DNA of 64,000 nucleotides from Plasmodiophora brassicae (GCA_036867785.1 CP145422.1:930001-994000); one strand, 5' to 3'. Positions 1-14,089 are shown, counted from the first letter of the stretch. The notes: generated by a model from the sequence alone, not told the origin. Numbers and translations: made by a program.

Positions 1-1912
<1,912 letters not shown>

Positions 1913-2050
1913 CGACCTGGCCGTATAGTAAACAACGTATTGTATGCCACCTGACCGCTGCGGGACGTGGAGAACGGGCTGGGGCGTGGGCCTGCCCGTT
2001 GTGCTGGAAGCAGACCCTCGTCGAAGCGACGCGCGCGCGCAGTCCGTCTG

Positions 2051-5000
2051 ATGGGAATGGATACGGACGGGCGCATCGTGGATCGCGACCTGGAGATGAT
2101 TCTGGACGAGGTCGCCGGGGACGACGACGACGACGACGACGACGCGGACCTGGCACCGGTCAACGACCCTGCCGCCTGTCGGGAAAGCGCGCTGGCCGCG
2201 TTCCGTCGCGATGTACGACCGCGTCGCTGTCGGGTCGACGGTGGTACTGATGGTGATGGGGGCAGCACGCCGGGTCCGATGTCGCTGCCGATAGTTTCCA
2301 AGGGCTGGCCAGACTGCCACCGGTCGACGGTATCACCGGTGCAGAGACGGCGACGTGTCTGGCCGCCCACCCGCATTACGTTGTCGTCGGGACGAGCGCC
2401 GGCAAGACCGTCCTGGTCTCGCTTCGCCCGTCGTCATCGTCGAACCGAACGTTGATGAACGAACGGACAAGTACGCCGATCCTCGCGTCCCTCTGCACGC
2501 CTCACCGTATGACAGGAATGCACAGAAGTCGGCAAGTACGGGGCCGTAACCGCGGTCGACATATCCCCAGCGGCGACGTTCGTCGCCAGCGGGTACCAGT
2601 CCGGCTGCGTCGTCATGTACGTGTGGACGCCCTTGCCCGGCGTTCGTCGCATCGTTCGCTGAATCTGTTCCAGATGGGACCTGCAGGCCACGTCAGCACT
2701 GAAGTGCATGACGGGCCTGCACGCGTCGCCGGTTACCGCCCTGCGGTTCAGCGACCTGTCCCGCCCCACCGTGCTCTCGGTTGATGGGCAGGTACGTTCG
2801 GCGGCACCGCCCAATCTACTCGGGACGAGTGACACCCGCGATAGGGTCTCGTACTGGACGTGTCGCTCCAAAAGTACCTGATCGGATGGACCGTCAACCA
2901 CGTCGTTGTTCGGCGGCCAAAGGCGTTGCCAGGCGACGAGGGGCCCGTCAATGCTGTCGCTGTGTTACGTGGCCAACCGGATACTCCAACGCTGTGTGCT
3001 CTGGTCTGCGAAGCCAAGGTCACCGTGACGAAGCTAACGACATCGAAGCCTGCTAGGGTTGGCAGCATCGCTCTGCACCCTGTTGGCGCCCAGGCACTCG
3101 TTGCTTGGACGGTGTGCCAGGGTCGTCCACTGCTATGCGTTGCCCAGGGCGGTGCGATCCGCCAGTTCGAGGTTGACCCTGGCGGCGCGCTTGTCGAGAA
3201 ACCGGTCGCCATGGCGACAGGGGCCGACGCCCAGTTCCTCGCCTTCGTCAACTCGACGATGCTGATCGCCGTGACGAATCTGGAGATGGTTGTGTTCAAT
3301 GTCGTCGCCGGGGCGCTGCTGCAGTCGATCGATATCTCCGTCCTTGCTCAAAGTGGGGCATCGTAAGACGGCCGATTGTTCCTGCACCGCATCTGTTTGA
3401 CGTTTAGCGTCTCAGGTTGACCTTCGCCTGTGCCGTCAACGCCTATGCCCTGGTTATGGATGCTGACGGCGCGCTGTATCAAGTATCGCTTGTCAAGCGG
3501 ATGCACCGGATCCAGCGCTTGCGACGGGACGGCCAGTGGCTCGCAGCCATGGCACTGGCCATCGACGTCCACAAGGACGGGGACGACACCTCCCCGTCCT
3601 CGCGCTCGAAGCTGGCCCAACTCGCAGTCGATTACCTTGACGCTGTCCCCAACGACGAGTTCGGTCGGGCTGGAGCGCTTGAAAACGTTTTCGACTTCTG
3701 CGCTGCCATCGAGGACAACGAGACCATGTTCACTACCGTCTATGCCAGGCAGGAGATGTCTCCTGGCACCTATTTCGACGCGCTTGTCAACTGCGTCCAG
3801 CGGGGCGTGATCAACGACATTCCCGACCGTGTGATCGATTCCTTAATCGCGGACGCCAGAGCGAGAAACACCTTGGATGCAGTAGAGCAAGCCCTTGCTC
3901 GTCTTCGTCCGACAACGTCTGTTCGACGTGTGCTGGTCAAGAACTGCCTATGGAAAGCCCTGCTCGCCATGGCATCTCGAGCGGGATGGCCCATATCTGT
4001 CCCCGTCGGGGAGCTTCTTGACGCCGTCCCGAGTGGCGACGCTGCCGAATCCCTGGCCGTGAGGTTCCTGACGGAACCGACGGCCGATTCCGCCGTTATC
4101 CACCAGCGTATCGCGTACCTGTTCGCCGATGACGCCCGCCACCTTCGCCGCCTCATGCAACCTGGCAAATCGACTGCACTGATCACCGCCTTCCTTGGCG
4201 AGGCGTTGGCGCATCCTCGCATCTGGTCCCTGTCTGTTTCCCCACTGACGCCTCGACTACCCAAACGCCAATCGTCGTTCGCCATCAGGAGCATCCTGGG
4301 TGGCAATGCCGGCAGCCGAACCAGCAGCGCTGGGTCGTCGCCCAGCCCGCCTGCGTTGCAGCGGCAGAGAAGGGTCACTGCCGCCGAGGCCGTCGACGTC
4401 CTTCTCTCAATGATGGTACGGGGTGGTCGCTCGTCGCCGCGCCGAACGTGTCGTTGACCTTGGCGTGCGTTAGGTGAATTCCCGGGACCTGGAGCGCGCC
4501 TCGTCTGGCCTCGAGATTGTCACCCCGCTGTCGCCGTACTGTCGAGCCGACCTGTCGTCCCTGTGCCGCCTGGGACTGTCGCAGGGTCTGATCTCGGGCG
4601 CGATCGTGGTACCCGCTGCTGTGCTTCGCACGGTCATCTCGTACGTGCTCGACGATGCCATCGATGACCACGACGCTGAGCGGATGGCCTGCTCGCTGAT
4701 CGAACGGTTCCCGCCCGACGCGCCAACGGCGTCGTTGCTGCTTCTGTCTGCGATATCGTCGCGTTTGCGCAAGCTGAGCATCGCGTTGCACGACCTGACT
4801 GGGGACGTCGTTGGCTGTGTGGACACTTACCTGCTCGACGGCGCCACCGAGGACCGCATCGGCGTCTTCGAGTACCTCGACAGGCGGCTTCGCGACGATC
4901 CCGCCGCCATCCAAAGGCATCGCGAGGCGATTCTGTCGCGTATCGTGTCGCTCGCTGGCGTCAGCGGGGCTCGCACGTCGGCCCTGGTTGGTGAATTCTA

Positions 5001-6185
5001 CGCGTCCGACCATGTCGCCGTCATTAAGGAACTCGCATGCGTCCCGGAAGCGCAGCTCGACTACCTGCGAGGCGTCCTTGGAGGGTCATCCTCTGCCGAC
5101 ATGCTCGCCTCTGTTCACGAGTTGTACATCGCCCTGCTGGCCGAGCGTGAACCGTCGAACGTCCTGCCGTACGTGGAAGCATTGCTGTCCTTTCATCATC
5201 CGTCCTTATTCGGCTCCCCACAGATACATCCGCTCGCACCACCAGTACTCGATGGATGCCGTGCTCGGCGTCTGCCAACGATTCCAGGTGGTTGACGCCA
5301 CTTCGTTCCTGCTGGAGCGCACCGGGGATGTCGATGCGGCACTGAGCCTGATCGTGTCCACGCTGGAACCGTTGTTCGCCCGGTTGCGGGCCGACATCGC
5401 ATCGGCTGGCATGGTGGCACCGCAGGCTGTCGGCGGTCGCAGGTCGTTCTCTGCCCTCGGCCAGCTCGCCGTCCTGGATGAAATCTACGCGGTCATCGAT
5501 GCGGCCACAGCGCTGTGCCAGCGGCATGCCGATGCGCCCGACAATGACCGCAGGTGGATGTCGCTCCTGGACAAGTTCCTCCGCATGCAGAAAGCGGAAG
5601 GGCGTCGCCGCGAGGTTATCGACGACGCGCTGGTCCGATGCATCCAGCGAGTACTGTCGGCGATGCGAGGGTCAGCGATTCCACCGACCGGGTTGTAGGT
5701 GTTTCCACATCTGACCGTGTGTGTGCCGGTGTAGGTACGTCCCTCTGGAAACCATCCTGCTGCGGATCACGTCGGAGCACGGCGACGCGACGTACGGCGA
5801 GTTCCGGGATACGATCCTGGCCCTGCTCGAGACGCTGGCGTACGAGCACAACATGCTCCGTTTATGCAATGCCATGTTCGTCGACGACGCGCACGACGCG
5901 TCCGTTCGCGTGTGCCAGGACATGGCCCGGCCGATCGTGACCTCATTGCTGCCGGCGACGTCGTGCAGCCAGTGTGGATCGCCCCTGTCGGGAGCCAGCG
6001 CCCTGTTCTACATGTGCGGGCACGTCGCACACGAGGCCTGCGCCGCCCGTAACGATTCGCTGGCTGCATGCCACCTGTGCTTCAGGCCAACGGATACCAT
6101 CGCCGCCTGCAAGCAGCAGCAGCAGCAACGTGGCCGTCGTCGGCACTCGCATCATGCGGCAGGATCATCCATCCAGCTCCCGTAA
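2051..6185 (+). CDS. VPS8: Vacuolar protein sorting VPS8-like (CORVET) protein, multi-exon
   Basis: Beta-propeller-like N-terminal exons, a helical/clathrin-repeat-like middle (HELYIALL…YIR…Y…C…DATSFLLERTGD) and a C-terminal RING-like motif (CSQC…CGHVAHEAC…CHLC). Exon boundaries are approximate. Confidence 0.7.
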
Positions 6186-6457
6186 TACAATAGCCGAGAT
6201 TCCCAGCCACCCGCCGACCCTACCGGCGTACTTGCTCGGTGTAGGGCCCAGCTAGTCAAGAAGACCTCCCCGGTCCCGCGGGAGGCAACGACAGCGGCCG
6301 GACCGCCGAACGCACAGCATCCAGTGTGAGTTCGTGAGCGACGGCCTTCCAAGGTTCCAACCCTGACGCGCCCCGGCTGCTTGCAGGCACAGTGGGCGGC
6401 CAGAGCGATCGGTCGAGCCGTTGGACACGTCGTCGGCGACGGGGATAGCGCGCGACC

Positions 6458-6661
6458 ATGAGCGACGACCAGCTGGCGAAGAAGTATGCGGAGCTGGAGC
6501 ACCTGAAGCAGGAGGCGAACGCGCTGAAGGAGGCCATGATGCCGGAGCAGGCCGCCGCCAAGATCGTGTCGTTCATCCAACAAAAGACGGACCCGTTCCT
6601 CGAGCACGACAACGACTGGGTCCACGACCGGAACGCGGGATGCGCGTGCGCCATCATGTGA
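6458..6661 (+). CDS. Heterotrimeric G-protein gamma subunit
   Basis: 67 aa with an N-terminal coiled coil, AAAKIVSFI…TDPFL…NDW and a C-terminal CaaX box (CAIM), which is the typical G-gamma layout. Confidence 0.85.
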   Translation: MSDDQLAKKYAELEHLKQEANALKEAMMPEQAAAKIVSFIQQKTDPFLEHDNDWVHDRNAGCACAIM

Positions 6662-6944
6662 TGATGGTCTGACAACCCTTGGTACGCCCCTCGCACATTC
6701 GCAGACTCTACCCAATCGTATGTATAAACGGACGGCGCCCTGGCGAGTTCCTCGGCTGCGTTTCGGTTGTTGTGCCGCCCTGCAACCGTCCCCGCTGCTA
6801 CCGGGCAGGCGGCGCCCGTCTACCTACCTAGCGATGCCTACCGGGTGTCTGCGGGTCCACTTCCGTCAAGCGTGCGGCCGTTCGCCAAAGTTCGGCACTG
6901 ACCAATCTCGAAATTAATCGCGGCACACACGCACACACAGTGCA

Positions 6945-7520
6945 ATGGGAGCTTGTTCCAGCAACCAGCTGTCCACCGGTACGGGGCACAGGCAGCGCAT
7001 TGGGATCTACTTGTCGTTCGGGTATGCAGGTAAGCTGGAGGCGGCCATCCAGCGCGGCGCCCCGATCCCGGACGACCTGGACGGCGTCCCGGTCTTGTTC
7101 TGGTGCCTGCAGAAACCCATCGAGGGCATGCACGGCGCAAACCAGCACGCCAGGTGCGTCCGCCTGCTGATCGATGCCGGGGCCGATCCGAACGCCATCC
7201 ATCCCGAGTCGCGCGAGTCCCTTCTCCTGGCCAGCATCCGCTTCGGCGACACGCAGATCGTCGCGGCCGTCATCGACGGCGGCGCCGATGTCAACGCCGT
7301 GTCCGGTGCCGCGAACACATCGCCGCTAGCCCTGGCCGACAGCCTGGGCCGGGCCGACATCGCCGCCCTGCTGATCGACGCCGGCGCATCACCTACCCCG
7401 GACGCGACCCCAGTCCTGCATGAGGTGCACGCGGGCATAAAGCAGCGCGCGCGGGCGCGGGGCCCCTGTTCCATTCGAATGGTCGAATCGCGAAAAACGC
7501 GCCGGCAAAACATGCGATAA
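6945..7520 (+). CDS. Small ankyrin-repeat protein with N-terminal MGxC acylation motif (possible in-frame intron ~6979-7029)
   Basis: Ankyrin repeats VRLLIDAGADPN, IDGGADVN and SPLALA…IAALLIDAGA; starts MGACSS. Confidence 0.75.
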   Translation: MGACSSNQLSTGTGHRQRIGIYLSFGYAGKLEAAIQRGAPIPDDLDGVPVLFWCLQKPIEGMHGANQHARCVRLLIDAGADPNAIHPESRESLLLASIRFGDTQIVAAVIDGGADVNAVSGAANTSPLALADSLGRADIAALLIDAGASPTPDATPVLHEVHAGIKQRARARGPCSIRMVESRKTRRQNMR

Positions 7521-7680
7521 ACTCAGGGGGAACTCCGGCTCCCATTTCGTTGTTTTTTTTTCGTTTTGGCTCGAGGAGCGAAACCCCGGGCGCGTTCCAA
7601 TTTGGGGAGGGGACGGCGATGTCGTTCCGCCGGATCTGACGTTCGCCGCACACACACACACACGCACACACTGGTCTCGC

Positions 7681-8712
7681 ATGGCGGATACGAGCTCGGT
7701 GATGTCCGACAGCTCGGACGAGGCCGTCACGAGCATGTCGTCGCCGTGCGTGGCCCGGGCGGCGCAGTCGTCGTCGCTGTCGTCGTCGAGCGACCCGGTC
7801 GTGCTGGTCGCGGCCCGCCCCGAGCACCTGCAGGTCGGCCGGACGGTCTACGTCCGCGACCAGCGCGCCGTCATCGTCGAGATGGACTTCCCGAACGTGT
7901 TCTGGTGTTTCGACGGCGGCGAACGCGTCAAGCACCGCAACTATGAGATCGACCGCGACCTGTTCCAGGTCGTCCAGGGCACGGAGGTCGTCAAGGACCC
8001 GGCCGTATCGCGGAGCCTGTTCCCGGCGAACCCGTCAGGCCGACCTGCTGCCGACGGCCACGACAGCGACGACGCCGATGACGAACCGGAAGGCGACGAC
8101 GCGGCCGTGGAGACGGTCGCCAATGGGCTCATGTCCATGCTGAGCGTTCGCCCGAGGGCCCTGGAATACGTGAACGAGGCGGACGCGTTCGTCGAGAACG
8201 CGGCGACGAACTCGCGCGTCCACCTGCTGCAGTGCCAGCGCTCGTCGTTCCAGTTCTTCAACCGGCTGGCGCACGCGTTCCTCGAGTCGTGCAACGACTG
8301 CGTCGTCGAGTACCCGTCGTGCATATCGAGCGTCGAGATCCTGAAGTGCTTCGCGACCAGGCTGCACTGCGGCGAGACGTGCGGCACGGTCACCATCGAA
8401 TCATCGTCCGACATCGCCCTGTCGTTCCCGGCGTCGTCTCCCTCGATGCTCTGCGTCTGCACGAACGTGACCGGCGTCCGCCTGCTGGCCCAGCGGAACG
8501 GCGAAACGGTCGGCGAGACGGTCGTCGAGGTGCACGACGACCCCGCGCCCGCTGCCGCCGGCGAAGGCGCCGTCGAGGGCGCGCCCGCCCCTGTCCCCCT
8601 GGAGCACACGCAAATACGCGTCCTCTGGGATGGCGCGACGTTCCACAGCAGCAGGATCGAACGCGATGGCCAGAACGGGGCGGGCAACATCCGGAATCTG
8701 AACAATCTTTAA
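7681..8712 (+). CDS. Protein with C-terminal CAP_C (cyclase-associated protein/cofactor C-like beta-helix) domain
   Basis: 343 aa ORF. VHLLQCQRSSFQF…LESCNDC…ISSVEILKC…TVTIESS and the ending QIRVLWDGATF resemble the CAP C-terminal beta-helix. Confidence 0.6.
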   Translation: MADTSSVMSDSSDEAVTSMSSPCVARAAQSSSLSSSSDPVVLVAARPEHLQVGRTVYVRDQRAVIVEMDFPNVFWCFDGGERVKHRNYEIDRDLFQVVQGTEVVKDPAVSRSLFPANPSGRPAADGHDSDDADDEPEGDDAAVETVANGLMSMLSVRPRALEYVNEADAFVENAATNSRVHLLQCQRSSFQFFNRLAHAFLESCNDCVVEYPSCISSVEILKCFATRLHCGETCGTVTIESSSDIALSFPASSPSMLCVCTNVTGVRLLAQRNGETVGETVVEVHDDPAPAAAGEGAVEGAPAPVPLEHTQIRVLWDGATFHSSRIERDGQNGAGNIRNLNNL

Positions 8713-8779
8713 ACTAGTGCACACGTACCGTCGTCGTAGCACCGGATCGACTGGGGTACGTACGCCCAGATAGGCGCAG

Positions 8780-9079
8780 ATGGACTTGGACGGGCACGCC
8801 CGCGGGCTGGCGAACGCGCTGCTGGACCGCGTCATGGGCCAGCCAAAGGCCCTGCGCGCCATGCAGGACGTTGCGCCCGTGCTGCTGGAGGGCCTGATCA
8901 AGATGCTGGAGCAGCGGGAGCGGTCGGGCGGCGAGTCGGCCGATCCGCTCCAGTTCCTGGCGTCGTACCTGATGAGGAACAACCCGAGGAATGCGCACCA
9001 CGCGCAGTCGACAAGGAAGGCATCTAGCAGCCGCACGCCGACCATCCAAGTCTACAAAGACGCCCTGCAGGGCAAATAA
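8780..9079 (+). CDS. Dpy-30-motif protein
   Basis: VAPVLLEGL…DPLQFLASYLMRNNP matches the Dpy-30/RIIa-like docking motif. Confidence 0.7.
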   Translation: MDLDGHARGLANALLDRVMGQPKALRAMQDVAPVLLEGLIKMLEQRERSGGESADPLQFLASYLMRNNPRNAHHAQSTRKASSSRTPTIQVYKDALQGK

Positions 9080-9168
9080 GAGACGACGGATGCATTGAAG
9101 CAGGGCGGGCTTGATATGGCCGGTTTCTAGTCAGGGAGAGTGGATGGGAACGGATAGCGGTTAGTTCA

Positions 9169-9771
9169 TCAGGCGGCGGTAACGGCCCCGTTTGCTTCCT
9201 GCTGCGATGGCGCCTTGCTGGTGAGGTGCTTGATCGAAGCGTATACGCTGAGCGCCTGCATGAGCGTCGCGACTGTCAGGAGTGACGCGAAGACGCAGAC
9301 AGACGTTATCGCTCCGACTCCGGGATAGTCGCCCTTTGCGATGCCGCCAGTGCTGACAGCCTGGGCACGATTTCGACTTGTCAGTCGGATTGGCTGCGCA
9401 TGCCCAGAGGTGGTTACCTCGATCAGCGCGAACTGCGACAACAGGACGTTGACGGTAATCCAGGCCCCGATGACGTGGTCGCGACGCGTGTTGGGCTTGA
9501 CCATCAGGACGGTGGTGGCGATGGCCGGGAACAGAAACAGGAACGTGGACCAGACGAGCGCAAACTGGTCATTCGACGTAAACGGCACGTGGCCGGCGGC
9601 CACCCACGATGACAGTGCAAACCCGACCGTGCTGATCTGCGTTGCCACCCATGCCCCGAACAGCACCTTCAGCGGCACGGCTGCGTTCACGTCGAGCCCG
9701 AGCAGACCCGGGACGTCCATTGCACCGCTTCGAATACTGCGACTCGGACGCTCCGCACCATTCATGCTCAC
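9169..9771 (-). CDS. Small multi-pass membrane protein of unknown function (probable in-frame intron ~9360-9415)
   Basis: About four hydrophobic segments in a 200 aa ORF; start uncertain. Confidence 0.55.
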   Translation of the reverse strand: MSMNGAERPSRSIRSGAMDVPGLLGLDVNAAVPLKVLFGAWVATQISTVGFALSSWVAAGHVPFTSNDQFALVWSTFLFLFPAIATTVLMVKPNTRRDHVIGAWITVNVLLSQFALIEVTTSGHAQPIRLTSRNRAQAVSTGGIAKGDYPGVGAITSVCVFASLLTVATLMQALSVYASIKHLTSKAPSQQEANGAVTAA

Positions 9772-10112
9772 CGAATCCGGCCACCTGCTGCCGGTGTAAC
9801 CACGTGGGCGCAGCGCTCGCGATCCTGGCAGCGTGCGTCAGACCCCGTGCTGCACGATGCGCAGATGCAGCCCGCGCATACAAGCCCGCACTGGCAGACT
9901 GGGTGCAGCAGACCCCGGGAACTGCCGTCTGCAGACGTGTATGTACTACAACCGGGGGGTTCGGATCTGTCCGGTGGCTGCCGGCCCGCACCTGGTGCGC
10001 AAAATTGGGCACAAAGGGTCGCCCCCGGCGATGTGCGAGCTGCAGACAGAGCGCCGCTGGCTGCAATCCGCAGTTCCGCTCCGCGTCAAAGTGCGCGTGC
10101 GGGCGACGCGCA

Positions 10113-11569
10113 ATGATCATGTTCCAGCGGGGGGCGGCACGTCGTCTTGCCGGGCGCCGCTGCTCGACAGCGCCGGCTGCGGCCCAGAAGCCGACCAAGG
10201 CGCCAGGTCCGGATCCGGCGACGCTGACTGACAAATTCGGGCGGCGCCATTCGTACCTTCGGATATCGCTGACCGAGGTCGGCGGGTTCGCGGCCGATCC
10301 TGCCATTAACGCCGTCCGCTGACCGCTCTGTGTGTACGTCAGCGATGTAACCTGCGATGTCATTACTGTATGCCAGAGCAAGGCGTCACGCTGACGCCGT
10401 CGGAGAAGTTGCTGACGGCGAAGGAGATCCAGCGAGTGGCCAGTGTCTTTGTCAAGGCCGGCGTGAACAAGATCCGGTTGACTGGGGGCGAACCTCTAAT
10501 CAGAAAGTCGGCCAGAGTGCTCCCGTTATGTGCGTTTGCACTCCCGAGCTGACTGGTCTCCGGGGTTAGGGACCTGCCGCAAATTGTCGAATCGCTGGGC
10601 GACCTTCGTGCCGATGGCCTCGAATCGATTTCAATGACGACGAACGGGATCCGCCTGCAGGCGAGTCTAGTCGACCTAATCTACGCTGGTCTGAACACGG
10701 TCAATGTGTCTCTGGACACGATGGGTGCGTCGACATACGAACGGGCCCTCGGACAACGGTTACCAACTGTGGTCGTCGTGTAGATTCGCTGCGATTTCAG
10801 CTGATCTCGAAGCGTATGGGGCACCACCTCGTCATACGAGGGATCCTGGCCGCTGTCGACGCCTATGAGGCTGGCCACTTGGATTCGGTCAAGGTCAACT
10901 GCGTTGTCATGCGAAATATCAACGCGGACGAGATCCTGGACTTTGTCGGCTTTGCGCGTATCCACCCAGTCGCGATACGTTTCATCGAGTTCATGCCGTT
11001 CGCCGACAACACGTTCAACAAGGACAAGTTCGTGTCTTATGCGGAAATGCTCGACATCGTTCGTCAGGTCGGGCGCGAACGTTCGCCATGAATCCGGGAC
11101 CTGACCTGGGGTACGTACAGAAACACCCTGGCCTTCAGCGGCAACCCAGCGGCCCGAACGATACTGCGAAGGTCTATACGATCCCTGAACATGTTGGCCA
11201 CATCGGCTTCATATCATCGATGAGGTACACCCGGGGCGTCCCCTTCCGTTTCGACGCGACCAACAGTTGCTTGATTTTAGTGAGCACTTCTGCGATTCAT
11301 GCAACCGCCTCCGTATCACAGCTGACGGAAACCTGAAGGTCGCTTCTCCCTCAAACGCCTGCTGCTGTGCTTATTCTATTGAACAGGTTTGCCTGTTCGA
11401 TAAGAGCGAAGTCAGTCTCAGAGACGCTTTACGCGGCGGCTGCAGTGACGAGGAGCTAGCCGCCCTGGTCAGCAGGACCGTCAAGCTCAAGAAGGCTCGC
11501 CATGCGGGACTGGACACGCTGGACGTCATCAAAGGTCTGAACAGACCAATGATCACGATTGGTGGCTAA
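10113..11569 (+). CDS. moaA: Molybdenum cofactor biosynthesis GTP 3',8-cyclase (MoaA/MOCS1A/Cnx2), multi-exon
   Basis: [18 protein letters not shown], radical-SAM [42 protein letters not shown] and C-terminal RPMITIGG. The N-terminus looks like a mitochondrial transit peptide. Confidence 0.95.
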
Positions 11570-11680
11570 AGCAAGAACGTGTAATAAACGCCATCCGGAA
11601 CGCAGTGCTGCTCAGAGTGTCCTCTGTACAAGGGCAGGCCCTGTTGCGGAGGCGTGATGAATTAGGTGGCCACCGATGCT

Positions 11681-13159
11681 CTAACGCAGCATCGGTGGAG
11701 CAGCAGCATCATGCGTTGGTACCACTCGGGCGGTGACTCGCGCTGGTGGTGGTCGTGCGAGCATGACACGACACAGGCTTGTGAGTGCGCTCATTGTTCC
11801 GGCTCCTGACCAGAAGGTCACCCAGCCGATCTGCGAGTACATGTACGTGGTTGCGCCGATAGGCAGGAAGCAAACCAGGGCGATCATCGATAGGGATAGG
11901 CACAAGGTCCAACGGGTCAACCTTCGCAGGAGCCTGTCGACGGCTTCGTTGCGGAATGCGTTCGATTGCTCGACGCTCTTCACGGCGAGTCTCTGGAACC
12001 TCAGCGCCTGCATCAGGAACTGGATGCCAACAGCCAACTGCATGAGCAACACCAACGCCGCCGCGATCTGTAGAAGATATGGAATGGGGGCGTCCAGCGC
12101 GTTGGATAAACAGGTCGTTGTGTCAAGAAGCACCGGGAGCACACAAAGCGCCACCTTGGCGAACGGCTGCCTCTCCAGGAACTGGCCGAACGCAGAATCC
12201 CGCTCCCTGCCGCCGGGCATCTCCTTGAGGACATTGGTCCAGAAAACGGCACTGAGCACATCGCAGGTGAATCCCCATCCGGACAGGCCGGTGACGAAGA
12301 ATCCAGTAACGGCATGGGGCAGAATGTCGTTGCTCTGCACGCCTCCGACACCGATTATAACGGCGATGACCAGTGTCATGACCAGCTCAATACCCAGGAT
12401 CAGGTGGACGATGCCCAGCCGTGCGCCGACGTACTCCAGTCGGCGTTGTCGTGTTCGCGTACTGTGCATGGGAAATCGCTTGTCGAACTCGGCGCTGATG
12501 TTCTGTAGGTGCTTGTACAGGAACACAGCCGAGAGTGCGAACGACGCTCCGAAGATGATCGTGGGGACCCATCGCATCGGGACTTGGACGTACCATTGGA
12601 GGTAAAAGCCATCCCAGTCGCTGACATCCGGGTATATGCTGATGACGACTTTCTCGTGCTGCTGCCAAGTGCCCACCAGGTAATCGGTAAGCGAGATACC
12701 AGGCTGCGCTGGATCCTCGACGGCCACAAACACCATGTCGTTGTGGGCCGGGTCCGGCTGATCCGGGTTTCTTGAGTAGAAGCTGAACGGGTCCGAGACA
12801 TCGTACCCATTGGGAAACGTGGTTACCCAGGCGACGACGCCCTTCTCCTGTAGGTGATTGTACTTGCGCGACGCTGGACAACCGACGAGGGCGGAGGAGA
12901 CGACAAACACGATTCGGCCACGGGCCATGTCGAGGACATCGCTACCCGAGTCACACAGGGTGTCGCCGTTCACGACCATGAATTCAGCAGTAACGTTGAC
13001 GACCGCAGGGTCGGTGCCCTGTGGGCCGAGGTATCTGTTGAAAGGCACGCTACGCATCGGGATGCCGGCGAACGGCGAATCGCCCGGCTCAACGACGGCC
13101 ATTGTGGCGTACGCCCCCAGCACCCGCGCCACGAGACAGACAAACCACAGCCCTGCCAT
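11681..13159 (-). CDS. PA-domain 7TM (GPCR-like) receptor family, copy 1 (intact, intronless, 492 aa)
   Basis: Signal peptide, PA-like segment (C…RGRIVFV…GC…K…LQEKG..AW) and seven hydrophobic helices. Clearly homologous to the other copies in the window. Confidence 0.8.
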   Translation of the reverse strand: MAGLWFVCLVARVLGAYATMAVVEPGDSPFAGIPMRSVPFNRYLGPQGTDPAVVNVTAEFMVVNGDTLCDSGSDVLDMARGRIVFVVSSALVGCPASRKYNHLQEKGVVAWVTTFPNGYDVSDPFSFYSRNPDQPDPAHNDMVFVAVEDPAQPGISLTDYLVGTWQQHEKVVISIYPDVSDWDGFYLQWYVQVPMRWVPTIIFGASFALSAVFLYKHLQNISAEFDKRFPMHSTRTRQRRLEYVGARLGIVHLILGIELVMTLVIAVIIGVGGVQSNDILPHAVTGFFVTGLSGWGFTCDVLSAVFWTNVLKEMPGGRERDSAFGQFLERQPFAKVALCVLPVLLDTTTCLSNALDAPIPYLLQIAAALVLLMQLAVGIQFLMQALRFQRLAVKSVEQSNAFRNEAVDRLLRRLTRWTLCLSLSMIALVCFLPIGATTYMYSQIGWVTFWSGAGTMSALTSLCRVMLARPPPARVTARVVPTHDAAAPPMLR

Positions 13160-13376
13160 GATGGGGTCTACACACAGTAGTGTATGATTGTGTGTACTCC
13201 TGGTCGATCATCTCCGAGCTGGGAACGGGACACAATCGGATGTCCTACCTAATCTGTGACGGGGCGCCGCCATCTGCGACCCTTGTCCAGGGGCCGTAGT
13301 CCAGAGCGCCTACAAGGCACGACGCGACAGAAACGTGGCGAGCGCGCAGTTATGCCGCCGCCCCGACCGGACAATC

Positions 13377-14089
13377 ATGCAGTCGCCAGCCTACGGAAGC
13401 CTCATGCAGCGGTTGGGTTCGTCGGCAGGAATGTGGCGCGGTGTCCGGCGCGATGTTTCGGGGTGGCGCTGGGCGTCGTCGACCCTGAGCCATATCGATG
13501 CGGCCCGCCATCAGCCCGCCATGGTCAGCATCGGCGGCAAAGTCGCAACGGAGCGATCGGCAACGGCCGCCTGCGTTGTCCGCCTGCCGGACCCGCTGTC
13601 CAAGCTGCTGTTTGACGACCCGTCCGAGATCCACACCCGGAAAGGTTGTTGTCACGACCACGTGCGGGTGTGTGGCCGGGACAGCGTTCTGATGGTGTCT
13701 CTCGCGCAGGCCCTGTGTTCACAACCGCCATCGTAGCGGGAACCATGGCTGTTAAGCGCACCAGCGACCTGTTACCATTCTGCCACCCGCTGCCGATTGA
13801 GTGCATTCGAATCACGATCGAACCGAGCAGCGACCGATCAGAACTCCACGTCCAGTGCTCAGTCGACGCCGTTTACAAGGTGAACACATGCGTGCTTTGC
13901 GGGAGCCAACATACCCTGAGCGCCTGCGTCGTGTAGACGGGCGTGGAAATGGAGGCGTTGACAGGCGCGAGCATCACGGCGCTGTGCATCTACGACATGT
14001 GCAAATCGGTGTCCCTCGGTATCACGATCGACGACACTCGCCTAGTCTGCAAGTCGGGTGGCAAATCGTCGCTCCGCACAACGACGTGA
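13377..14089 (+). CDS. moaC: Cyclic pyranopterin monophosphate synthase (MoaC/MOCS1B/Cnx3), two introns
   Basis: LSHID…PAMVSIGGK…[49 protein letters not shown]; stop TGA at 14087-14089. Confidence 0.93.

Noticed and set aside
11681-13159. Signal peptide peptidase-like (PA + GxGD) protease or microbial rhodopsin identity for the 7TM family
   Set aside because: No YD/GxGD/PAL motifs, and no retinal-binding lysine in the seventh helix.
10113-14089. Bacterial moa operon or contamination
   Set aside because: Both genes have spliceosomal introns and transit-peptide-like leaders.
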